Of a stretch of 64,000 nucleotides of DNA, positions 11,628 to 34,000 are shown one piece after another; position 1 is the stretch's first letter, and each line of letters begins with the position of its first letter. The notes under the pieces are model-generated. The model worked only from the letters and a program-made list of their open reading frames with translations, made no database searches and was not told the origin of the DNA. The stretch is taken from assembly GCF_028641065.1 (NCBI RefSeq), contig NC_073390.1, positions 39,866,001 through 39,930,000 on the forward strand. Reading direction: 5' to 3'. Position numbers and translations under genes: made by a program. Source of the DNA: Leucoraja erinacea. Taxonomy: Eukaryota.

Positions 11628-12404
11628 AATGGGGGAGAAACCTGGAAAGGAGGTGGGAGCAGGACAAAGCCTGACGAGTGATAGGATACAGGCGAGGGCA
11701 GTGGTAGAGTTGCTGTCTTGCAGCAAAATGCGACGCCGGAGACCCGGGTTCGATCCCGACTACGGGCGCAGTCTGTACGGAGTTGGTACGTTCTCCCTGT
11801 GACCTGTGTGGGTTTTCTCCGAGATCTTCAGTTTCCTCCCACATTCCAAAGACGTACAGATTTGTATGCATTTTCCAGCATCTGCAGTTCCTTCTGAAGC
11901 AGGTTTGTATGTTAATTGGTTTGATTAATTGTCTTGAAATGTAAAAATTGCCCAGTATAAAATTGTCCAACTTCCAGTATAGTCCCTGGTGGACTCTTTG
12001 GAAGGCATAAGGTAAAAAAGGGGGGGGGGGGGGGTGTTGGACCAAGGACAGAGATGAAATGTGAAGTCAGAGGGAGGAATGTAGATGGTTCAGCTGTATT
12101 ATTATCACGGGTACTAAAGTACAGTGAAATGCTGTGTTTTGCAAGCTATCCAAACAGAACTGATATACCATGCCTTGATGCAAACAGGTCAAAAGATCAG
12201 ATATATTATACATAAATATAAACAGATTGAAAGATTAGATATATTATACATAAATACAAACTAATCAGATAAGACTGTTCATAATACAATCAAGTACAAT
12301 AGGTAGAGCAATGGGGAAGATAGAGTGCCGAATATAGTTCTTAACAAGTGAAACAGATTAAAACAGTTGAAGCATCTGAGAATATGTGATTGTTGAACAA
12401 TACA

Positions 12405-12875
12405 AACATAAAAAATAAGTGCAGGAGTAGGCCATTCGGCCCTTCGAGTCAGCACCGCCATTCAATATGATCATGGCTGATCATCCCCAATCAGTACCCT
12501 GTTCCTGCCTTCTCCCCATATCCCCTGACTCCGCTATCTTTAAGAGCCCTATCTAGCTCTCTCTTGAAAGTATCCAGAGAACCGGCCTCCACCGCCCTCT
12601 GAGGCAGAGAATTCCACAGACTCACAACTCTCTTTGAAAAAGTGTTTCCTCGTCTCCGTTCTAAATGGCTTACCCCTTATTCTTAAACTGTGGCCCCTGG
12701 TTCTGGACTCCTCCAACATCGGGAACATGTTTCCTGCCTCTAGCCTGTCCAAACCCTTAATAATCTTATATGTTTCAATAAGATGCCCTCTCATCCTTCT
12801 AAATTCCCGAGAATACAAGCCCAGCTGCTCCATTCTATCAACATATGACAGTCCCGCCATCCCGGGAATTAACCT
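12405..12875 (-). mobile_element. CR1-type LINE 3' fragment
   Basis: LIPGMAGLSYVDRM...RRMRGHLIETYKII...RTRGHSLRIRGKPF plus tail. Confidence 0.85.
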
Positions 12876-12932
12876 TGATGCTGATGCAGGTTTCCATGGA
12901 GAATCAATGTGACTCGCCCAACCAATGTCTTC

Positions 12933-13230
12933 ATCAAACATGGCGGCGGAGTAGTGCCCTAATCAAAGATGGAGGTGACGGCGACTTGCCTTTGAGCCTT
13001 GTTCGGAGAAAGCGCGGCAGCTGTACCCTAATCAAAGATGGCGGCTGCCCCTCCCTCCCCCCGCCTTGATCGACGAAGGCGTGGAGCAGGATCAAAGATG
13101 GCGGCACCTTTCCTTAATCAAAAAATGGCGGCCTTGATCGCAGTAGAGGAGTGCCCTGATCAAAGATGGCTTCAGCATAATGCGTTGAATGGGGACGTTG
13201 GTGCCGTGACCTGATAAAAGATGGCGGCGG
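12933..13230 (+). promoter_or_regulatory. POLR2H CpG-island promoter with seven ATCAAAGATGGCGGC-like (YY1) motifs
   Basis: Copies start at 12933, 12962, 13031, 13091, 13117, 13159 and 13214; AAGATGGCGGC is the YY1 consensus; 160-460 bp upstream of the ATG. Confidence 0.75.
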
Positions 13231-13285
13231 TAGCGGTCAAATGATCACAACCTGCTCGCCCGCCTGCTGCCCGGAGCGGCTCTGA

Positions 13286-22405
<9,120 letters not shown>

Positions 22406-22655
22406 GATAGAAGGTCAAGAATCTTAAATTTGCTTAACATATCAATGAAATCAAATGTGCTTGTTGATATTAGTCAACAAATTATTTATCACAACAAATG
22501 TGTAAATGTCCTACATTTACAGTTCTCCTTGTTTCAAAGGAGATTATGTAGGGAAGTCAATCATCCGTGGCCTTGTTATTTCCAACCAGAACATTTTATG
22601 TGGCCACATCATTGAAAAGAAAGGATATAAAATGGTAGTCATTGAACAGTATCCA

Positions 22656-22661
22656 AATAAA
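22656..22661 (+). terminator. Putative POLR2H polyadenylation signal
   Basis: AATAAA 250 nt after the stop, followed by T-rich sequence. Confidence 0.6.
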
Positions 22662-22734
22662 AACGTTTTTTTTGTTTCAAGAATTACATAAAATAGTATT
22701 TACTGCTTTGAAATCTGGGTTAACTGATCATGAA

Positions 22735-22986
22735 GAAACAAGGAACTGCATATGCTGGTTTGGTGAAGAACAGTACCAACTTGAAACATCACCTATCCAT
22801 GTTCTCCACAAATGCTGCCTGACCCGCTGAGTTACTCCAGCACTGTGAAACGTCACCTATCCATGTTCTCCACTGATGCTGCCTGACCCGCTGAGTTACT
22901 CCAGCACTCTGTGAAACGTCACCTGTCCATGTTCTCCACAGATGCTACCTGACCCGCCAAGTTACTCCTGCACTTTGTGTTTTTTT
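22735..22986 (+). mobile_element. PLE mini-element with three 64-66-bp units and perfect 15-bp TSD
   Basis: TTAACTGATCATGAA at 22720-22734 and 22987-23001; GAAAC at 22783, 22847 and 22913. Confidence 0.85.
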
Positions 22987-24716
22987 TTAACTGATCATGA
23001 AACTCTTTAATTAAAGTCCACTGTTACAAATTATTCTAAATGAGCACACGAGAACAAAAATGCTGGAGAATCTCAGCGGGCGAGGCAGCATCTATGGAGC
23101 GAAGGAAATGGGTGATGTTTCGGGTTGAGACTCCAAGGGTCTCGACCCGAAACATTTTTGCCTACCTTTGATTTTTCTGCATCTGTAGTTCCTTCTTTTA
23201 CATGGCTGTTGTCTTGTTCAGTTGGAACATTTACATTTAGTACGGGCCTCGAGAAAGATATACTGCTGTAAATGTCTGTGTCGAACATGATGCCAAGGCC
23301 AACTCGTATCAGCCTGTACATAATCCACATCGTTCCATTCCTTGCATATTCACTTGCCTATGTAAAAGCCTCTTAAATGACTATTGTATCTGCCTCCACC
23401 ACCACCCCTGACAACGAGTTCCAGGTGCCCTCCGTGTGAAAATACTGCCCTGCTTAGACTTAGACTTAGTTCTTCCCACATTGTTGAGTGCATTGGGCAG
23501 CAAGCTTTCGCCATTCTGTTTGGTTATGTGCAACGTCTTCCACCCTCGATAGGCTTGCGTCCCGGGCTTCCAAATCCTTCTGGAATCTTCGTCTCTATGT
23601 GAGTTTTGGTCGGCCTCTTTTCCTTCTTCTGTCAGGACTGCCCTGCACATCTCCTTTAAACTTTGCCCCTTTCGCCTTAAAGCAATGCCCTCTAGTCTTT
23701 GCTGTTTCTATCCTGGGGAAAAAAGTTTCTGACTGCCTAGCCTATCTATGACACTCAAAGTTTTAATTACTTTCATCAGGTCTCTCCTCAACCTCCAGTG
23801 CACCAGCGAAAACAAATAAGTCTTCCCAACCTTTCCCTGTAGCTCATACTCTCTAACCCTGGCATCCCAGAGTGTTTTACATCTAAATAAGTGCTTCTGA
23901 AATGTAGCCACTTCTGGAATGTGACTACAGCTGCCAATTTATTACTTATGAAATTAGAGTGAAATAGACAATAGGTGCAGGAGTAGGCCATTCGGCCCTT
24001 CGAGCCAGCACTGCCATTCAATGTGACCATAGCTGATCATCCACAATCAGTACCCCGTTCCTGCCTTCTCCCCATATCCCCTGACTCAGCTATCTTTAAG
24101 AGCCCTATCTAGCTCTCTCTTGAAAGTATCCAGAGAACTGGCCGCTGAGGCAGAGAATTCCACAGACTCACAACTCTGTTTGGAAAAGTGTTTCCTCGTC
24201 TCCGTTCTAAATGGCTTACCCCTTATTCTTAAACTTAAAAATAAAACTTGATGTTGGTCGGATTTAAAATATTAGCTATAATACTAATGAGTTAAAATAT
24301 GAGGCTGCACTACCTTAAAAGATTGTGCAGTGAACTAATGGAGGTAAGAAATCAATTGCTGGAGGAACTCAGCGGGTCAAGCAGCACCTGTGGAGGCAAA
24401 GGGATAGTTGAAGTTTTAGGTCCAGACCCTCATCAGGACTAACAGATATGGTGTGCTGAGTCCATAAAACAGCATTTGGATATACACTCCAAAAGCATTT
24501 TATCTCATTCACCAGTTAATAGAAATCTGGAACATGCCAATTTAAAAATTGCAAAAATTAAATTGAAAAATAAGAATGTCACGGGATTTGTAACAAAATG
24601 GACAAAAATGGATTAGGGGCTCAGTACCTCCAAGTTGTAATTGAATGTGGAGCATATCTGTTTGTTCCTTTCAACACACTCTTGATTTGGGTAGCTGACA
24701 ACCTGAGACGCATTTT

Positions 24717-24900
24717 GCAGGCGCGGAGCCGGCTGCGGGCCGGCAGGAGGTATTGCGCAGTCGTGCATACGGCAGCGTGCCGGCAGGAGGCATTGCGCAG
24801 TCGTGTATACGGCAGCGGGCCGGCAGGAGGCATTGCGCAGGCGTGTATACGGCAGCGGGCCGGCGGGAAGCGGTGCGCAGGCGCGGAGCCGGCAGTGGGA
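24717..24900 (+). promoter_or_regulatory. MFSD8-like CpG-island promoter with 40-bp tandem repeat carrying NRF1-like motifs
   Basis: TGCGCAG at 24754, 24794, 24834 and 24874 (period 40); the last copy is TGCGCAGGCGCG; about 100 bp before the ATG. Confidence 0.7.
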
Positions 24901-24982
24901 GGCGTGCTCCCGCTGGCCCGAGGGAAGGAGCCGTCGACGGCGCCCGGCGGAGCTGACCCGACCCCCACACCCCGGCCGCGGC

Positions 24983-25058
24983 ATGGAGACGCGCACCAAG
25001 CGCAGGCTGACCAACGGCGCCATCGGGCTGCTCTTCCTCTTCAGCGGCATCGAGTACG
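24983..25058 (+). CDS. MFSD8-like exon 1
   Basis: GGCATGG; METRTKRRLTNGAIGLLFLFSGIEY G|gtgagg. Confidence 0.88.
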
Positions 25059-28000
25059 GTGAGGGGGTGAGGAGAGGAGGGGAGAGAGGGAGAGGGGAGG
25101 GGGTGAAAATAATGAGGGAATGGTGAGGAGGGAGGGTGGGGATGAAGGGTTATGATGAGGTGGGGGGGGGGGGGGATGAGGAGGAAGGGGTGAGAAGAGA
25201 AGGTGAGGGAGGAGCTCGGGGGGGAGAGGGTGAAGAGTGATGGCGGTAGGAGGTGGGTAAGGGCAGGGGGTTGAATGAGGAGGTGGGGAGGAGGTGGGGG
25301 GGGGGGGGGCTGGGGGGAGAGGAGGGGGGGGGGGACTGACATGGGTATCATGCGATGTCAAGTGATAACATGGATATAGTGTAGGACACAAAATCATGGC
25401 TCATGACAACCTCTGCCGACCTCTGGTTTGAGCAACCATTGGCAGTCACGGTGGCACAGCGGTAGAGTTGCTGCCTTAAGGCAAAATCCAGGTTCGATCC
25501 CGACTACGGGAGCTGTCTGTATGGAGTTTGTACGTCCTCCCCGTGATCTACGTGGGTTTTCTCCGAGATCTTCGGTTTCCTCCCACATTCCAAAGACGTA
25601 CAGGTTTGTAGGTTAATTGGCTTGATAAAACTGTTAAAAAAATGTCCAAGTGGGCGATATGCAGAGTACTGCCCTGCCGACTACGAAATTCAGAAGGTTC
25701 AGAAGGTATTCTATTGGAGACAATTCAAATGTTGCCTGACAGACCTTTGAAGGACATTTGGACAGGTAGACGGATTGAAAGACATTTGGACAGGTGTATT
25801 CATTGGAGGACATTTGGACAGGTGCATGGATTGAAGCACAGTTGGACAGGTGCGTGGATTGAAGCACAGTTGGACAGATGTGTGGATTGACAGACAGTTG
25901 GACAGGTAGATTGATGAGTGCGCTGCAATGTGCTGCTGGGGATGGTGTTGGAAGCAGATACCAGAATGACCTTTGGTCTTGGCATGGTGTTCGACATAGA
26001 CATTGTGCGCCGACGGACTTGTTCCTGCTCTGTACTGTTCCACATTCTATGTTCTATTTGGACAGGTACATGGATTGAAAGACATTTGTAGGCACAGGAT
26101 ACCACAGACGTTGCAATCTGTAGCAAAAAGGAGAATAGCCGGAGGAACACAGCCAATCTGGCAGCATCTGTGGAATGACAGTTTGACAGTTGGCATTTTG
26201 AGTTGACATCATTCAGCTCGTATGGAAGGGTAGAGGGAAGGAGCTTGTGTAAAGTGATGGAGGGGTGGGGCAAAAGCTGGTAAGTGATAGGTTCCCATCT
26301 GCTCTTTCAGCTGATTGATGATGTGTCCCATCTCGAAATATTATCTGTCCATTTTCCTCCCTGACTGATCCACTGAGTTCCTCCAGCTGTTCTCCTTTTA
26401 TGCATCATATATATATATTTAATGTTATGGGGTATGCATAGACATTTGTATATACTTGTCCATTGATGAATTTACTGGTGTGTTTAGAGACTCTTGCTGG
26501 CTAACGGTTTAAATATCTTCTATCTGAGATAACGCGTGGTTGTGCCATATCCAGTTTCCTCATCAGGAAACTGACCTCGTAATGTAGATGGAACACAGTC
26601 ACCCGAGATAAAGAAACGTATTCAGCATCAAACCAATCTCTAGAGACAATAGACAGGAGGTGCGGGAGTAGGCCATTCGGCCCTATGAGCCAGCACCGCC
26701 ATTCACTGTGGTCATGGCTGATCATCCCCAATCAGTACCCCGTTCCTGCCTTCTCCCCATATCCCTTGCGGGATATCTCGAGCAAAATTAATTTAATGTG
26801 GTCATTTCCATTCAATGCTTCTCTAATTATTGTGCGATTTATTTTGCTCCAATCTGTAATTCATTCTGTAATTCATTCTTTCATACAGAGAATTGTGTGT
26901 CTTTGGAATTCTCTGCCTCAGAGGGAGGTGGAGGCTGGTTCTCTGGATACTTTAAAGAGAGAGCTAGATCGGGCTCTTAAAGATAGGGGAGTCAGGGGAT
27001 ATGGGGAGAAGGCAGGAATGGAGTACTGATTGCGGATGATCAGCCATGATCACAGTGAATGGTGGTGCTGGCTCGAAGGGCCGAATGGCCTACTCCGGCA
27101 CCTATTGTCCATTGTCTATTGTCTATAGAACCATTTAGCATCCATGGGTGAATTCTGAAGCTTGTGTCTGTCTTTGGTAATGGAAGTAAAAATGCTTTGT
27201 AATTTGGAAATAGATTGTATTTTAAAACAGAGAGTTCCACACTGTGTATGTGACAATAGACAATAGGTGCAAGAGTAGGCCATTCGGCCCTTCAAGCCAG
27301 CACCGCCATTCAATGTGATCATGGCTGATCATCCACAATCAGTACCCTGTTCCTGCCTTCTCCCCATATCCCTGACTCCGCTATCTTCAAGAGCCTATCC
27401 AGGTTTCTTTTGAAAGTATCCAGAGAACCGGCCTCCGCCACCCTCTGAGGCAGAGAATTCCACAGACTCACAACTCTCTGCGTGAAAAAGTGTAGGAATG
27501 AACTGCAAGAGGTCTGGTCTGAAGAAGGGTGTCAAGCCGAAACGTCACCCATTCCTTCTCTTAAGAAACGCCTTTTGTGCCTATTTTCGGTTTAAACCAG
27601 AATCTGCAGTTCCTTCTTACACAAACTGCTAGAGGAAGTAGTTGAGGCAGATACAATAATAACGTATAAAATACATATGGACAGGTACATATGGACATAG
27701 GTACATATAACATATAAAATACATATGGACAGGGCAAATGGGACTAGCTGAGATGGGGCATCTTAGTTGGCATGGGTGTGTGGGTCCAAAGGGCCTGTTC
27801 CTGTGCTGTGTGACTCTACGACTCGATGGTTTATATCTTTCTCTGTGTCTCCTATAAATAATGACTTTACCACTTCATGTGTCTTCAGTGCGGGCAAATT
27901 GGAGAGAAAGCGTTAATCTTTTTTCTGCCATTCTATTGCTCTTAATCTGACCATACAATTTTACTGGGGCAACAGCATTAGTGAAAAAAACACGAAGAAG

Positions 28001-31000
28001 CTGGTCAAACTGGTTAAACGAGCTAGCTCAGTGCTGGAGGGGAGAGTAGACTCTGGGATGGATGTGCTTGAGAGGCGTATGAGGCACAAGGTGCAGGTCA
28101 TCCTGAAAAACCCCGGGCATCCCCTCCATGTAATTCTGGAGAGTCAAAAGAGCACTCGGAACAACAACCGGCTCCTCTCCCTGCCCCGTAGAACGGAGCG
28201 GTTCAGGCGATCCTTCACCCCTGCAGCCATTAGATTTTATAATTCGGACCGCTAGGCTGTAGGGGGATGCATTTTTGCAATTTTTAATTTTTATTTGTTA
28301 ATTATTGGTCTTTTTAAGTATTTATTGCTCTCAGGTAGTGTCCACAGTGTATTCTATGTATTTTCTGTCTGCGTTCGTTTTGAATCTGTGGGTTTGTTGG
28401 TTGAGGGCTTCTGGACATCTGAATTTCCCTGAGGGGATCAATAAAGTATTTATTATTATTATTATTTATTTATTATTACAGGCTGAAAACATGCAACATT
28501 AAGTTGAGCTCTAAGCATAGCACAGCGCAGTCATTTTTAGCCCTGTTATTGCAAATAGTCAATAATGTACTTATCTATTCTGCATTTTCCATTTCTTTCA
28601 TTGTATTTTTATGATAGGTTAAAAAATGAACTAATTCCAATAGATGATCTTAACATCAGATGGTTGATGTGCATCTGGAAGGATGTAAACGTTATGTTTG
28701 ACAATTGACTGCAGCATGTTGAGATTTTGGCACATACTAAGGGATTGTGAATGCCAATCTTTCTATTTATTTAACTTCCATTTTTGCACTCTTGCTATCT
28801 TAACAAGGTCGAGAAGTAATTTTAAGTCAAGAGTTTAATTTTCATTTGTACCAACAACAAACAATGACATTTTACTTGCAGCAGCATAACTGACCCATAA
28901 ACACAGTATACATTGATAATATGAACATAAAAAATAGAAATAATTTAATACCCTCAATACTAGTGCAAAACAGCTCCAGCATCCTTAGTGTAACCAAAGA
29001 GTGTAGTTCATAGGTTAGTTGGTATTTTGTAGTATTCAAGAGCCTGATGGTTGTTGGGAAGAAGCTGAACCTGGAGATCAATTTTCGGATTGCTGTATCT
29101 TCTTCCCGATGGTAAGAATAAAGTACATACTAAAAAATGAGTGAATTGTATACAATTATATACTACTATAGAGGCTTAGCTTTATAGTGCCACGTGTGCC
29201 AAGCTGCAGTGAAAAGCTTTGCATTGTAAGCTATCCGATCAAATCAGATTATCATATACGTAAATACAATCGGGTCAAACGCAGGTGCAATAGATAGAGC
29301 AAAGGGGAAGATACCAAGTGCAGAATAGAGCTCTAGGCCATGCAGTACACCTGTTCCAGAGACAAAGTCCAATATCCGCAATGGGGTTTAGGTGAATCGT
29401 ACAGTACCCTAGCTTATGGAGGGACCGTTCAGAAGCCTGATAACAGAGGGGAAGAAGCTGTTCCTGAGTCTGGTGGTGTGTGCTTTCAAGCTTCTGTACC
29501 TTGTTCAATGGGAGTGATGAGAAGAAGGAATGACCAGGATGGACCTTTGATTATGTTAGCTGCTTTTCTGAGACAGCATGGAGCATAGATGGAGTCAATG
29601 GTGCAAAGTCTGATCTGTGTGATGGACTGGGCCACATCTACAACACTGCCTGGTCTGTGTGATGGACTGGGCCACATCCACAACTTGTTGCAATTTCTTG
29701 CAGTTGTGGGCAGAGCCGTTCCCAAATCAAGCTGTAATGCAACCTGACATTATGGTCTAACATCGAGGATCGGTGCGGCCTTTCCCGGAGACGCGCCTGG
29801 GACTTCAGCAGCGGGCGCAGCGAGGACACTTTCGTCGTGGAGCAGGCGAGTCGTCGCTGGAGGGGAGCACTCCGTTCGATGGCCCGCGGCAGCCTGAAGC
29901 CGTGGTCTGCGGAGCTCCAGCTGGTGCGGTGTCCGGAGCCTGTGTTCCCTCGTTTTGGACCCGGGAGAAGAGCTCCGACCGCTGGCCCGCGGCCAACTTC
30001 TACCACGGGCGCGGCGGGGACTTATCATCCGGAGCGGGGTCCCTTGCCGGGGATCCCTGGAGAGGAGCTCTGACTGCCGGCCCTGCAGTCTGCGGTGCTT
30101 CTGGCTGCAGCGCAGTGGGGATTTTAGATCTTCGACCGCCGGCCTGTGGCTTACATCATCTTGAAGCCACGATCTCTGGTGGGGAGGCACCGATTCAGGA
30201 CTTACCTGGACTTTATCTGGACTTTACCTTGTCTGAACATCTGGATGCCCGCAGCAGTGGCTGCGGAGGGTTGTGGAAAATGGAGGACTGGCCAAATTTT
30301 GTGCCTTCCACCAAAGTGATGAATGTTGTGATGGATGTTTGTGTTAAATTTTTATTGTGCATTGTACTGCTGCTGGCTCTAATTTTTAAAAATCTGTCTG
30401 TCTGTCTGTCTGTCTGTATGTCTGTCTGTGTCCAATTATTGTGCTTATGTTGGTTGTACCTTGTGGGGCGGCGGGGGGGGGGGGGGGGGGGGGGGAAGAA
30501 TGTGGGAGGTGCAAACCATGCTCCGTCCACAATGGCTGGATAAATTGGGAGCCAGCTAGTGTAGGACTCGCTGATTGAATATTTATTACCGATGCTGATT
30601 TAATCAAAAAGTTTTCAAATACACTCCAACACTCCAACAACTTTTTGGAAAGTGCATTGAGTGATTAATGTTTCCATTGAAATGCAGAGGGAAAAATGGT
30701 TATTTGGCTCGGACTCAAATGGCCAACATGTTGCACAAGTCCCAGGCAAGTTGCCTGAGTGGCCATGCTCCCACTGGACCATGCCAAATCCAGTCTGTGT
30801 TCCATCTCAGCAAGTTTCATCAGATGCGGTCATTTGCCACCTAGCTTCACAAATGGAGGCGCAGAGTGATGCAGCACGGAAACAGGCCCTTCGATCAAAC
30901 TCATCCATGCCCACCGAGATGCCCCATCTACGCTGGTCCCATATGTGCATGTATGGCATATGTCACATTAAACCTTTCCTATTTGATGCATTGCCTTCAG

Positions 31001-34000
31001 TCCATTATCAAGAATCAGAGGACATGGGTTTAAGGTGAGAGGGGAATGATTTAATAAGAACCCGAGGCGAAGCGAGGTGAGGTATATGGAACGAGCTGCC
31101 AAAGGAGGTTGTTGAATGAATGAATTAAGTTTATCGGCCAAGTATTCACAGACAAGGAACTTGCCTTGATGCTCTGCCCACAAGTGACAACATGACATAC
31201 AGTGACAGTTACGAATGACACATAAAACATTAAACATTAATAATTGATAATCGATCAAACATGTGAACCAAACAAAATACCAGAGCAAAAGGAGGCTACA
31301 GAACTTTGGCTATTGAGCTACTACTCGTGGAATAAAAGTTGTTTTTATGTCTGAGAGAGACATTATGAGAGCGAGAGAGAGACATTCACAAATTCTCCCG
31401 AGTTTTCCCCTGATTCAAACTCGCAGAATGTTCGTAACAAGTCCGTAGGAGGTTGTCGGAGTCTGTAGATATATCGTAGCGACTCGTTATGCTAGCTGTA
31501 GGTACTCGTGGCATCAGGTAAGTCGGGACGTTTCTTCCAGCCCGATAAAAAATGTCCACAAGTAAAAAAATGGTTGGGATAAAAGAATTAAGTTGTGAAA
31601 GTGGGACAGGCCCTTGACAACAACCTATGTACTTGTTGCTCATCCAAACCATAGATGATCCAGTGAAGACACATGGAAATGCAGGTTATGGAATTGAGCA
31701 AAACACAAGGTGCTGAAGGAACGCAGCTGGTCAGGCAGCATATGTGGAAGGAATGGACAGGTGACATTTCGGGTTGGAATCCTTCTTCAGATTCTACAGA
31801 AAATAAACCATATAGTGTACATAGCTTAATGTTTCTAAATGTAGATACAATAGACAATAGGTGCAGGAGTAGGCCATTCGGCCCTTCAAGCCAGCACCAC
31901 CATTCAATGTGATCATGGCTGATCATCCCCAATCAGTACCCCGTTTCTGCCTTCTCACCATATCACCTGACTCTGCTATCTTGTCTCTGTACTGTACACT
32001 GACAATGACAATTAAAATTGAATCTGAATCTTTAAGGGCCCTATCTAGCTCTCTCTTGAAGGTATCCAGAGAACTGGCCTCCACCGCCCTCTGAGGCAGA
32101 GAATTCCACAGACAAAAAAAATGCAAAAAAATGTAATGCAAGTGTTAAAAGGAATATTTTGGTTTGTAATCTAACAGTTTTTAACCTTTTATTTTCAGCT
32201 GTAATACTTCCAACGATCTGGGCATATCTTGAGACACTAAAAGCTGAGCCGTACTTTCTGGGTTTGGGACTATCGGCCTTCAGTTTCAGTGGGCTGATCG
32301 CTGGCCCTATCCTTGGTCATATATCAGACCGATCATGGAGGACAAAGCCCATCATCTTATTTGCTAATTTGTTCGAGATTGTAGGTAGGTCAGAGTTCCT
32401 TGACCTGTTTTCCATTCAGTCACCAGTCAAGTCAAGACTGTTTAATTGTTATATGTACAGATGCTCCCTAATTTACGATGCTTTGACTTTACCACTAATT
32501 CGACTTTACGATAGGCAAACACTGGGCAACGGCAGCGAGCCGCACGTCACGTCCGGTCACGTGATTGCAATTTATTGCAATGAGTTTTCGACTTGCGATA
32601 TTTTCGGTTTACAATGAGTTTATGGGAACGTAACCCCATCGTAGGTCGAGAAGCAGTTGTACTGCTCCAGAAGATTGTTCTAACATTTTCCAATGTGTAT
32701 TACTGATGATATGTTTGTGCTGCATTGTATCTAAAATACATTATGTAGTATTAACTTATGAAAAAGGAAAAAAATATAATTATTACACTTCATTATTATT
32801 ACACATTATTATTAGATTATTAGTTCAAAATGTTCCTAGACCACACATGCTTTGATGTTATTTCTATATGCAAGGTTTGAATTAATTTGCTCTTAGATTT
32901 TGTCAGAAATGCATAGTAATAACCTGTCTCTGTAACTTAGCTCTAAAGAGATGGAGAGAGAGAGATAGTGAAGTGATATATTGTCATGTATACCAAAGCA
33001 GAACAATGCTTGCAGCAGCTTTAACACTACACATTGACAACATGATAAATCATAGAACGTCCAATACATTAAAAAAAACAAAATTAATGCAAAACAAATG
33101 CCCAAAAGTCCCTAGTGTGGTTTGTAGCTTAGTTAGTGTTAAAACTAAGTGGTGCTGTAGTGTGGCAACATTTTGCAAACGGCACAACAGGACAGGATTA
33201 AATCTAACAGTTCATTTAAATATAAACCAGGAGTTGTAGTGGTAGTTGAACAAAAAATGAGAGGAATAGTGGTGGGGAGAGCAGTAGAAATTGTGTTGTT
33301 TGCATTAAGCGTATATTAATATAATTTTGCCACCATTTAGAAAAATATTGCCTCTTGCCGCCGCTGCACCTGGTTTGTGCGATAATAACTTGTGGTATAA
33401 ATAGCAGCTCTACCAGTGGCACAGTTGCTGCCTCACAGTGCCAGAGACCCGGGATTGATACTGACCTCAGGTGCTGTCTGTGTGGAATTTGCATGTGATC
33501 CCTGTAACCACGTGGGATTCCTCACGTTGCTCCGGTTTCCTACCACATCCATGGACGTGTGAGTTTGTGGGTTAATTGGCCTCGGTAAACATGCCCGTGG
33601 TGTGTAGGGAGTGGATGTTAAAGTGAGATAATATAGAACTAGTGTGAACGGATGATCGATAGACTCGATGGGCCAAAGGGCCTGTTTCCATGCTGGATCT
33701 TCAATCAAACAAAGAAACAAGCATTTAACGGAAGATCCTATTAGAAAAATAAATAATTAAAAGCTTAAGGATTTGCAATTGCATTGGAACATGAGAGATG
33801 AGGTCATTTGTTTATTATATGCAGGTAATAGGAAGAGTGAGTTCATAAAAAAAAAACCTGCTTCTGTTATCCAATAATCTACCTGAACCCTGTTGCTTGT
33901 TGAAAGCCCCACCTGGCTATTAAATTAATTTTTTGTTTACAATCGAATAGACAATAGGTGCAGGAGTAGGCCATTTGGCCCTTCGAGCCAGCAACGCCAT

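Noticed and set aside
7400-12930. CLCN2 first exon expected from human synteny
   Set aside because: No QYEQTL-type exon found by eye on the minus strand.
24598-25397. Several overlapping 100-226 aa ORFs
   Set aside because: By-products of the CpG island, the 40-bp repeat and the purine tract. Only 24983-25058 splices into a coherent protein.
29773-30543. 256-aa ORF
   Set aside because: GC-rich repeat running into microsatellite and poly-G, with no domain or splice support.
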